A DNA stretch of 38,346 nucleotides from IMG/VR virus record IMGVR_UViG_3300043119_000192, positions 1-38,346 of that record, one strand, 5' to 3'. Within the stretch, counting starts at the first letter, position 1, and each line of letters opens with the position of its first letter. The notes beneath the pieces are model-generated. The model had not been told where the DNA came from and did no database searches. It saw only the letters and a program-made list of their open reading frames with translations. Position numbers and translations under genes: made by a program. This DNA is from a virus. Of this stretch, positions 31,998 through 38,346 are shown piece after piece.

Positions 31998-32882
31998 ATG
32001 AACGATATTCCTTACATCCGTAACGCCAAGTACGAAACAACCGGCGAAACTAAAGACTGGCTTGGCATCACACTATACCGCATCCGCGCCGTAGCTGACA
32101 TCGCCGCGATGGGGATCGTTGCCGGAACGATTGGTGGCTGGATCAGCAGCGAAAAGAATTTGCAGGTCTCCGGCAATGCGTGGGTCTACGGCAATGCGTT
32201 GGTCTACGGCAATGCGAGGGTCTCCGGCAATGCGAGGGTCTCCGGCAATGCGTGGGTCTACGGCAATGCGTTGGTCTACGGCAATGCGAGGGTCTCCGGC
32301 AATGCGAGGGTCTACGGCAATGCGTGGGTCTACGGCAATGCGTTGGTCTACGGCGATGCGAGGGTCTACGGCAATGCGTTGGTCTACGGCGATGCGAGGG
32401 TCTACGGCAATGCGTTGGTCTACGGCAATGCGAGGGTCTACGGCAATGCGTGGGTCTACGGCGATGCGAGGGTCTCCGGCAATGCGAGGGTCTACGGCAA
32501 TGCGTTGGTCTCCGGCAATGCGTTGGTCTACGGCAATGCGTTGGTCTACGGCAATGCGTTGGTCTACGGCAATGCGAGGGTCTACGGCAATGCGTGGGTC
32601 TACGGCGATGCGAGGGTCTCCGGCAATGCGAGGGTCTACGGCGTAAACATCACTGCTACCCGTAGTGATAGCTACACGTTTCTTGTAGCACCCACACCCG
32701 CAGGCCCGCGCATTATTGCCGGTTGCCGATACTTCACTTTTGATGAGGCTCGTGCCCATTGGGCTAGAACTCGCGGTGGTACGCAGCTTGGCGATGAAAG
32801 CCTTGCTTTGGTTGACCACCTTGAACGCATGGCAAAGCTTAACGGGTTTATCGAGCCTGTCGCCGTGAATGTGGAGGCTTGA
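31998..32882 (+). CDS. Hexapeptide-repeat protein (predicted left-handed beta-helix type) with unique N- and C-terminal domains
   Basis: 26 consecutive V-[YS]-G-[ND]-A-[WLR] units. ATG at 31998 (MNDIPY). The C-terminal RSDSYTFLV...IIAGCRYFTFDEARAHW block looks like a conserved phage domain. Confidence 0.8.
   Translation: MNDIPYIRNAKYETTGETKDWLGITLYRIRAVADIAAMGIVAGTIGGWISSEKNLQVSGNAWVYGNALVYGNARVSGNARVSGNAWVYGNALVYGNARVSGNARVYGNAWVYGNALVYGDARVYGNALVYGDARVYGNALVYGNARVYGNAWVYGDARVSGNARVYGNALVSGNALVYGNALVYGNALVYGNARVYGNAWVYGDARVSGNARVYGVNITATRSDSYTFLVAPTPAGPRIIAGCRYFTFDEARAHWARTRGGTQLGDESLALVDHLERMAKLNGFIEPVAVNVEA
32166..32642 (+). repeat. 26.5 tandem copies of an 18-bp unit GTCTMCGGCRATGCGNNG
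   Basis: Read unit by unit. Only 4 nucleotide positions per unit ever vary. All six reading frames are open across it. Confidence 0.95.
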
Positions 32883-33019
32883 CATGCACCACTGCACCCA
32901 CATCCCCCATCGCCAAAGCCCTGACCGCGTGTGGCCTCTGCGCCGCGCTGATGGTTCCAAGTTCCACGAGCCGCGCCGGGATGATGAGCCGCGTTTGCCG
33001 ATCAAGGGGAGCAACTGAC

Positions 33020-33724
33020 ATGAACGCACAAACACCCATCCAGCCGTCCATCGTTTCCGCGCTTGCCGCTGCGCTGCCGGAACTTGAGAGCGCCAAGAAG
33101 AACAAGGCACACCCCGCGTTCAAGTCAAAGTACGCCGATCTGGCGGCAGTGATCGAGGCGCTGGAACCCATCCGCAAGCATGGCCTGTGGTATCTCCAGC
33201 GCGCTATTGAGAACGCGGACGGCGCGCAGATCGAAACTATCTACATTCACACCAGCGGGGTAACACTTTCCGCTGGCACCACGTTTATGCCCGCCACTAA
33301 GAAGGATGCGCAGGGCTTTGGTTCCGCATTGTCCTATTGCCGCCGCTATGGCCTGCAAACAGCATTCGGGCTGGCCACGGAGGATGATGACGGAAACGCT
33401 GCCGTAAAGGCCTCACAGCGCACACAAAGCGATGCAGAGCCTGCCAAGCGTGAAGCGTCCCACAGCGCGCTCAAGACCGCATACCGGCAGTTTGTGCATG
33501 AAGCCAATGGGTGCGGCGATGCAGACGAGCTTAACGCCTATCTCGCAACGCCTGATGCGCTTAAGGTTGTGCGCGAGATCAAGGCCAAGCTTCCGCATAT
33601 CTGGGATGGCACCAATTGGCCTGAAAGCCAGCCGCGCCCGGATGAATGGGAACCGCTGGCCGACTTCATCACCCGCCGCCAGCGTGAATGCGCGCAGGCT
33701 ACCGCAAACTACATGACAGCCTGA
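33020..33724 (+). CDS. erf: Erf-family single-strand annealing recombinase
   Basis: ALPELESAKKNKAHPAFKSKYADLAAVIEAL...GSALSYCRRYGLQTAFGLATEDDDGN matches ERF family blocks. AGGGGAG SD before the ATG at 33020. Confidence 0.85.
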   Translation: MNAQTPIQPSIVSALAAALPELESAKKNKAHPAFKSKYADLAAVIEALEPIRKHGLWYLQRAIENADGAQIETIYIHTSGVTLSAGTTFMPATKKDAQGFGSALSYCRRYGLQTAFGLATEDDDGNAAVKASQRTQSDAEPAKREASHSALKTAYRQFVHEANGCGDADELNAYLATPDALKVVREIKAKLPHIWDGTNWPESQPRPDEWEPLADFITRRQRECAQATANYMTA

Positions 33725-33735
33725 AAGGAAAGAAC

Positions 33736-34002
33736 ATGGCAAGCCGCCGCGATATTTGCACACCACGCAAGAAGTCCGATGGGGGAACCTACTGGGTCAA
33801 GATCGGCACCGCATGGGATAGCGACAAGGGAACGCAGCTTGTGTTTGATGCGCTCCCGATACCTGATGCCGAAGGGCGCTGCGTGGCCAATCTGTTCGAG
33901 CCGCGCGAGAATGACAATCCGCGTGGCAAGTCCGCAGCGGGCGACCGCCAGCAGGCACGGCAGCGGGCGCAGGATGATGACGGGGACTCGATCCCATTCT
34001 AG
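33736..34002 (+). CDS. Small protein (88 aa) with an SSB-type acidic C-terminal tip
   Basis: It ends in DDDGDSIPF (compare the bacterial SSB tip DDDIPF), preceded by a Gln/Arg-rich linker and a short N-terminal beta-type segment. AAGGAAAG SD. Confidence 0.6.
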   Translation: MASRRDICTPRKKSDGGTYWVKIGTAWDSDKGTQLVFDALPIPDAEGRCVANLFEPRENDNPRGKSAAGDRQQARQRAQDDDGDSIPF

Positions 34003-34052
34003 GCCCAACACCGCTGGCAGGCCGGTTGTCTGCCAAACCATAGGAGAATGAT

Positions 34053-34382
34053 ATGTCTACCCCAAGCATTACCCCCGTCACTGTTGTCGCCATGCGCAAA
34101 GTCTTTGCGCTGCTTGAGGACCATTTTGATCCGGTTGAAGGGATGTACAAAAACGCATATTCTGACAAGAAAGTTGCCGCTGAAACTGGCATTTCAGTTG
34201 ATGCAGTCAAAAAGTATCGCGTCGATGGCTTTGGCAAGCTTAAGGCACCCAGCGAACTTGTGACGCTTCGCCAACAGATTGATGAACTTGAAACACTTTT
34301 TCTCAAAACCGAAGCCGAAATGAAGGCTCAAATCAAGGATACCCGCGCGCGCATTCTTCAGCTTCAGAGGGGGTTTGACTAA
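34053..34382 (+). CDS. Hypothetical protein (109 aa)
   Basis: AGGAGA SD, with a C-terminal coiled-coil-like segment. Confidence 0.5.
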   Translation: MSTPSITPVTVVAMRKVFALLEDHFDPVEGMYKNAYSDKKVAAETGISVDAVKKYRVDGFGKLKAPSELVTLRQQIDELETLFLKTEAEMKAQIKDTRARILQLQRGFD

Positions 34383-34684
34383 TGACACCTGTAAAGCAAG
34401 CCCGCGTAATTCGCGATTGGTTCGCCCGTGAAAAGGTCCATGAAAGCGCAGAATATATTATTGCCACGGACGCATCTGTGTTTGTGCAAACAGAATACAT
34501 TCAAAACAAAAAGCGGCCTGAAATGTTCTTACTTTTGATCGAGCATGAAGGCGGAAAAATTTCCATTCCGTTTAACTCTGAAATAATGGGTAAATGGAAA
34601 AAGGAAATTGCTGAATTTAGCCATGCCTTTTGGCTGCAAGGCCAACATTTGCCTTACGCGCAATATGGAAAGCGGAAAGGTTAA
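34382..34684 (+). CDS. Hypothetical protein (100 aa), low-GC island
   Basis: TAATG coupling and AT-rich codon usage unlike the rest of the genome. Confidence 0.5.
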   Translation: MTPVKQARVIRDWFAREKVHESAEYIIATDASVFVQTEYIQNKKRPEMFLLLIEHEGGKISIPFNSEIMGKWKKEIAEFSHAFWLQGQHLPYAQYGKRKG

Positions 34685-34687
34685 GAA

Positions 34688-35020
34688 ATGCTTCCCCCTC
34701 GCAAAGCCAAAAAGCCCAAGGCAGAAACCCGCTGGCGTTCCCAAGCTCACCTTGGGTTCGTCCGCAGCCATTGCTGTTCAGTATGCCATAGCGATGCAGG
34801 GATTGAGGCGGCGCATGTTCGCCTCGGTTCCGGCGCTGGCATGGGGCAGCGTCCTCATGATTTTCTTGCAGTCAGCCTTTGCCGAGATTGTCATCAAAAA
34901 CAGCATACCATAGGCGAAAGAACGTTTTGGGATGGCGTAAATTTGCAAGAATTGATAGAAGCGTTTTGCAAAGCCAGCCCAAAAGCGCGCGAAATAAAGG
35001 ACTTTCGCAATGCAAAATGA
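34688..35020 (+). CDS. Cys/His-rich HNH-like protein (DUF968-like)
   Basis: WRSQAHLGFVRSHCCSVCH...IEAAHVR...LCRDCHQKQH resembles the DUF968/HNH-type pattern of lambdoid prophage proteins. Confidence 0.55.
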   Translation: MLPPRKAKKPKAETRWRSQAHLGFVRSHCCSVCHSDAGIEAAHVRLGSGAGMGQRPHDFLAVSLCRDCHQKQHTIGERTFWDGVNLQELIEAFCKASPKAREIKDFRNAK

Positions 35021-35480
35021 TCGTCGATGCGTAAAGTGCGGAGAACCTCTTTTGCGAAAAGAGGGGGAAAGCCATAGATACTTTGCTGATCGTAAATTTT
35101 GTTCTCGTGCGTGTTATCTTGGCAATAGATCCACAAAGCCCATTTGGATGACTTTTCAAGAAAATACTATCAAGCGAGAAAACGGATGTATTGAATGGCA
35201 GGGGTATGCCGACCGCAAGGGATACGGACGTTTTTCAACACACGGAGGCGAAGTGTTGTGCCATCGCATAGCTTATGCCATTCATTTTGGCATTAGCGTA
35301 GCCGGAAAACAGGTTTTGCATCGTTGCGACAACAGATTGTGCTGCAATCCGCAGCATTTGTTTCTGGGAACGCACAAAGATAATATGGCAGATATGGCGC
35401 GAAAGGGGAGGTCTCCTAAGCGGTTTGGCCAACAAAACCCGAATTATCGTCATGGCAAGAATTGTGTTGTTAATGGCTAA
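35010..35480 (+). CDS. HNH homing-type endonuclease (HNH_3-like)
   Basis: NGCIEWQGYADRKGYGRF...CHRIAY...VLHRCDNRLCCNPQHLFLGTHKDNMAD is the classic HNH_3 pattern. Confidence 0.85.
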   Translation: MQNDRRCVKCGEPLLRKEGESHRYFADRKFCSRACYLGNRSTKPIWMTFQENTIKRENGCIEWQGYADRKGYGRFSTHGGEVLCHRIAYAIHFGISVAGKQVLHRCDNRLCCNPQHLFLGTHKDNMADMARKGRSPKRFGQQNPNYRHGKNCVVNG

Positions 35481-35483
35481 CAA

Positions 35484-35903
35484 ATGACTGATCGCCGCAC
35501 TATCGTCTTGACAAGCCAAACAGCCAAGGACCGGGCCAAGCGTCTCATCGATCTGGCACCCTATGGCTATGTCATGGCGATAGGCGAGGAAACGCGCTCG
35601 CAGTCCCAGAACAAACTGATGTGGCCGCTAATCTCGGACATACAGGCGCAAGTGCCGGGTATGGAGACATTCTCGCCCGATGACATAAAGCTGCGGTTCC
35701 TTCACGCGCTAGGGCAGGAACTGCGCTTTCTGCCGGAGCTTGAAGGGGCAGGCGTTTTTCCCGTAGGGCAACGTTCCTCTACGTTGTCGAAGTCGCAATT
35801 CACGGCGATGATTGAACTGATGTTTGAATACGGCGTTAGGCATGGTGTGCGATGGTCCGCTAAGTCGGAATCAACGCGCGCGGATCAAAACCTAGTCAAA
35901 TAA
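35484..35903 (+). CDS. ninB: NinB/Orf-family recombination mediator
   Basis: The blocks RSQSQNKLMWPLISDI and GQRSSTLSKSQFTAMIELMFEYGVRHGVRWS parallel lambda NinB (RSLDQNRKLWACLGDV, GQSTSRMRVGEFAELLELIQAFGTERGVKWS). Confidence 0.8.
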   Translation: MTDRRTIVLTSQTAKDRAKRLIDLAPYGYVMAIGEETRSQSQNKLMWPLISDIQAQVPGMETFSPDDIKLRFLHALGQELRFLPELEGAGVFPVGQRSSTLSKSQFTAMIELMFEYGVRHGVRWSAKSESTRADQNLVK

Positions 35904-35946
35904 ATAATCCGCTTGCAATGCGCGGAATGCCGCTTATGATGGCGGA

Positions 35947-36090
35947 ATGAACTGGAAAACATACCTTAAGGATCAAGAACGCGACCGGCTTGCAGAGCTT
36001 GCAGCCGATCGCACCACTAACCGCGCTGAATACCGCCGCATCTATGATCGGTGCCGCAAGCGCGCTGCCAAGCTGGAGCAACAACCATGA
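35947..36090 (+). CDS. Small basic protein (47 aa, below the ORF-track cutoff)
   Basis: MNWKTYLKDQERDRLAELAADRTTNRAEYRRIYDRCRKRAAKLEQQP. Its stop overlaps the next ATG (ATGA). Confidence 0.4.
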   Translation: MNWKTYLKDQERDRLAELAADRTTNRAEYRRIYDRCRKRAAKLEQQP

Positions 36091-36311
36091 CTACCACCCA
36101 CGACGACCAGCACGCGCCAAAGCCGGTAAGCGATCCGGTGTTTAAGACGCAAGCCGAGCTTGAGGCTTGGGCGGCAAAAACCGCACGCGATGCCGAAGTT
36201 GAGGTGATGACGGTTAGGCCGATCGATTTCACCCCGCGCCTGATGGCGATTAACCGCATCCGCCGCGTCACTCACGCTCACCTGCATTTGCGTGAAGGAG
36301 AAAGCGCATGA
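36087..36311 (+). CDS. Hypothetical protein (74 aa)
   Basis: The ATG at 36087 (MTTTHDDQ) is coupled to the upstream small ORF. Confidence 0.45.
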   Translation: MTTTHDDQHAPKPVSDPVFKTQAELEAWAAKTARDAEVEVMTVRPIDFTPRLMAINRIRRVTHAHLHLREGESA

Positions 36312-36556
36312 GCAACCCAATCCGTATTGCCACGGCGGTACTGTCTGGCCGCATATTTGCCGGTCGTCCGAGCAGGGACGGCAAGACATTCAAGGAGCCG
36401 CGTTACGATGTGACCAGCGATGTGCTTGTCGCCATCAGGGACAAGATCGGCGTGGGCCACGAAGTCACGGTGGAGAAAGACGGCAAGCCCGATTTTCGCA
36501 TTGCCGTGCTGCCGATCCAATCCACCCTGGCCGATAGCGATGGGGGCGGGGCGTGA
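36308..36556 (+). CDS. Hypothetical protein (82 aa)
   Basis: ATGA coupling with plausible composition. Confidence 0.5.
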   Translation: MSNPIRIATAVLSGRIFAGRPSRDGKTFKEPRYDVTSDVLVAIRDKIGVGHEVTVEKDGKPDFRIAVLPIQSTLADSDGGGA

Positions 36557-36750
36557 GCCAGAAAGCATTTCCCGAATACGGTTGTGATTATGACCTAGAA
36601 CCGGGCGAGCCTCTATCCGATTGCGTTCTGAACGAAGGCTATTGGATGGATTGCAGTTTGGCAGTCACAAGTTTTAGCAAACACGGGAAGCCACGCATTC
36701 GTCAGTCACCCACTTCATGCAAGCATTGGATCAAGGCTCCGCGCCCATGA
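36553..36750 (+). CDS. Hypothetical Cys-containing protein (65 aa)
   Basis: The GTG start overlaps the upstream TGA. Confidence 0.4.
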   Translation: MSQKAFPEYGCDYDLEPGEPLSDCVLNEGYWMDCSLAVTSFSKHGKPRIRQSPTSCKHWIKAPRP

Positions 36751-36841
36751 TCCCCGCCCGCCTCCGCGACTTCCTCCGCCGCGAACTGGGTATCGACCTG
36801 TACGACTGGCAGCCCGGTGAGATCGAGTTTTGAAAGGATAG

Positions 36842-37072
36842 ATGATGGCGACTGACCAGATTGCAGAGATTGCGGCAGGGCTGAGTGAGGCGCAGCGGCG
36901 GGCGATCTTGGCAACTAAGATGATGAACAGCGTCTCCACTACGCGGGGGCTTCCCCCAGTGCTTCATGCTCTCAAGCGCAAAGGCATAACTGAAGGTTTA
37001 AGTGGTTCCCGCCTCACCCCACTCGGCCAGCAAGTCGCGGCCTATCTCAAGGAGCAGAACAGCCATGCGTAA
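36842..37072 (+). CDS. Hypothetical protein (76 aa), possibly winged-helix-like
   Basis: AAGGA SD. LSEAQRRAIL...LKRKGI...LTPLGQQVAAYL. Confidence 0.45.
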   Translation: MMATDQIAEIAAGLSEAQRRAILATKMMNSVSTTRGLPPVLHALKRKGITEGLSGSRLTPLGQQVAAYLKEQNSHA

Positions 37073-37403
37073 ACAGCTTCTCGCCGCAGTGGCTTCACCA
37101 GAGTTTGTCACCCTTAAGCCGAAAGGACCCGCCATGACTGAGACACCGGACCAACTTGCCGCGCTGGATCGGGCGGCTACGCAAACATATGATCTGTGGG
37201 AAGCTGAACTCGCGCACACCAAGCTCGGCGATGCCCTGATTGCTCTTTACCGCGCCGAGCAGCTCGTCCTGATCGGGCCGGATGCGGTGGAGAAGGTGGC
37301 GCGAGCGATGGCAGAATTGCATCTGCCGGAAAGCAAGCAACTGTGGAAGATGTACGTCCCACTCGCCACCGCAGTCATCGCCGCGATTACGGGGAGGGTG
37401 TGA
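37065..37403 (+). CDS. Hypothetical protein (112 aa)
   Basis: The ATG at 37065 overlaps the upstream gene end. An alternative ATG is at 37134. Confidence 0.45.
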   Translation: MRKQLLAAVASPEFVTLKPKGPAMTETPDQLAALDRAATQTYDLWEAELAHTKLGDALIALYRAEQLVLIGPDAVEKVARAMAELHLPESKQLWKMYVPLATAVIAAITGRV

Positions 37404-37564
37404 TGAAACACATATGCCCTGTTTGCAGAGGAAGCGGAAACATCGCCACATTTTCACGCGGGCTTGAGTATTGGCAGTGCGTGGGATGCAATGGAGCAGG
37501 TGTGTCCGCTCAAAATAATCCACCGACTTTCATACAGGCCCGCAAAAAGGTTTCGCGCCCATGA
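37403..37564 (+). CDS. Small zinc-finger protein (53 aa)
   Basis: CPVCRGSGN...CVGCNGAG is a DnaJ-type CxxCxGxG pair. TGATG coupling. Confidence 0.5.
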   Translation: MKHICPVCRGSGNIATFSRGLEYWQCVGCNGAGVSAQNNPPTFIQARKKVSRP

Positions 37565-37926
37565 CCACCCCCACAGAACAATCAATCCGCAAGGCGTGTG
37601 AAGAAGCGGGGGTGGATGATGTAGACCACATGCTTTGGGCTATATCTGTCATTCCTGACGACACCCGCGCTCGCCTTCTCCTCGCCCTAGCGCGCCGCAT
37701 CGAGGCCGATGCTGTGCCGGTATGGGTAGAATATACATCGCGCCTAGAGGTCATGGAAACCGATTGCCTCGATTGGAAAGCCCGCGCCACAGCAGCAGAG
37801 GCTAAGGTTGCGGTGCTGCGTGAGGCTTTGGAACTCGCAGACTGTGCTTTGCGTGGGGCCAACATGAACATGGATGTTGTGGAGCGCAGAGTCCGCGCAG
37901 CACTACAGGAGACGGACAATGGATGA
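37561..37926 (+). CDS. Hypothetical protein (121 aa)
   Basis: ATGA coupling and a helical sequence. Confidence 0.5.
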   Translation: MTTPTEQSIRKACEEAGVDDVDHMLWAISVIPDDTRARLLLALARRIEADAVPVWVEYTSRLEVMETDCLDWKARATAAEAKVAVLREALELADCALRGANMNMDVVERRVRAALQETDNG

Positions 37927-38125
37927 TCTGGTGGAGCGCATTGATCGTCAGATGTGCAACCGGCGTAGCGAGGACCAGTGTGGCTGTCCGCTGTGTGTGA
38001 TCCTTGCCGAAGCAGCCGCCGAAATCCGCAGCCTTCGCGCGCAGGTGGAGCAAGCTGCAGAGTTCATCTGCCGGAAGTGCGGACAGCGGCAGGACGGCCC
38101 TACAGATAACGAAGCGAGGTTCTGA
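37919..38125 (+). CDS. Hypothetical Cys-rich protein (68 aa)
   Basis: MDDLVERID...CGCPLC...CRKC. Last gene of the rightward operon. Confidence 0.45.
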   Translation: MDDLVERIDRQMCNRRSEDQCGCPLCVILAEAAAEIRSLRAQVEQAAEFICRKCGQRQDGPTDNEARF

Positions 38126-38152
38126 CATGACGACTGTAACCGATGCGGACCA

Positions 38153-38335
38153 CTAAATCCGCCCGCTAACCGCCGTCACCACTTCCACCAGACACATCCC
38201 CGCCACCACATCCCGCACGGATTGACCTTCACGTATCCGGCGCGCTGCAGTCACCAGCACCTTGGCGAAAGCTTCGGCGTGGTCGGGGATGTCATGCACT
38301 TTATATGGTGCATCTATGACTTGCGGGTCGCTCAT
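38153..38335 (-). CDS. Hypothetical protein (60 aa), last gene of the minus-strand operon across the circular junction
   Basis: Its ATG (38335, equal to position 116) overlaps the HNH gene stop (ATGA) once the terminal repeat is collapsed. Confidence 0.45.
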   Translation of the reverse strand: MSDPQVIDAPYKVHDIPDHAEAFAKVLVTAARRIREGQSVRDVVAGMCLVEVVTAVSGRI

Positions 38336-38346
38336 AGCAAGCGCCC
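38220..38346. repeat. Terminal direct repeat, right copy, identical to 1-127
   Basis: Base-by-base match to the first 127 nt of the window. Confidence 0.95.

Noticed and set aside
32166-32642. Possible CRISPR array or noncoding satellite because of many identical short repeats
   Set aside because: The units are contiguous 18-mers with no spacers. They stay in frame with a flanking ORF that has a good start and unique terminal domains. The periodicity is a protein hexapeptide repeat.
32879-33019. N-terminal extension of Erf (track start at 32879, a TTG), and a competing 45-aa His-rich ORF at 32884-33018
   Set aside because: The strong AGGGGAG SD precedes the ATG at 33020, and Erf-family similarity begins there. 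The extension is Cys/Ala/Ser-rich junk-like sequence. The 45-aa ORF has no SD and I could not support it.
32073-33110. The 345-aa minus-strand ORF and two plus-strand ORFs (32119-32646, 32180-32665) across the repeat
   Set aside because: They are open only because a stop-free 18-bp unit is iterated. Their products are monotonous (DPRIAV..., MRGSTA..., GLRQC...), and they lack independent starts or context.
36747-36833. 28-aa ORF (MIPARLRDFLRRELGIDLYDWQPGEIEF) resembling the N-terminus of a larger enzyme, possibly a gene remnant
   Set aside because: It is too short and there is no downstream continuation in any frame that I could join. It is left unannotated.
38126-38152. A bidirectional terminator at the convergent junction of the two operons
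   Set aside because: Only 27 nt separate the two stop codons, and I could not find a stable hairpin or U/A tracts there.

Overview
This window is a complete genome of a tailed dsDNA phage with a unit length of about 38.2 kb. Bases 1-127 recur exactly at 38220-38346, which indicates a circular-assembly overlap or terminal redundancy.

Minus-strand late operon (about 23.9 kb down to 0.1 kb, wrapping into 38335-38153):
- It follows the P22-type morphogenesis order: small and large terminase, portal, scaffold, P22-family coat, gp4-like and gp10-like head-completion proteins, needle/fibre proteins, internal/ejection proteins and a beta-helix tailspike.
- A lysis cassette follows: two holin-like membrane proteins, a GH108 endolysin and embedded Rz/Rz1-type spanins. 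The spanins imply a diderm host.
- A post-lysis cargo module follows: an HTH-metallophosphoesterase fusion, an HNH endonuclease and a 60-aa ORF.

Early region, split by a compact divergent promoter region at 30.6 kb:
- The leftward operon encodes a small HTH regulator, a C5 DNA methyltransferase, ParB/IbrB-like and PAPS-reductase/IbrA-like proteins, a DnaA-domain-IV-like protein and RusA.
- The rightward operon encodes acidic small proteins, a hexapeptide-repeat protein built from 26 near-identical 18-bp units, Erf, a small protein with an SSB-type C-terminal tip, a low-GC island with two HNH-type nucleases, NinB and many small ORFs.

I saw no integrase, CI-type repressor, tRNA, rRNA, CRISPR array or transposase.

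Best candidates for follow-up:
- the perfect in-frame 18-bp tandem array
- a possible +1 frameshift at CCC-UAA that would fuse an internal virion protein to an M15 peptidase domain
- the MTase/ParB/unknown/PAPS-reductase putative DNA-modification island
- a GNAT with its own promoter among the ejection-protein genes
- the HTH-metallophosphoesterase cargo module with phased upstream repeats

All family calls come from motif recognition by eye. No database search was possible.
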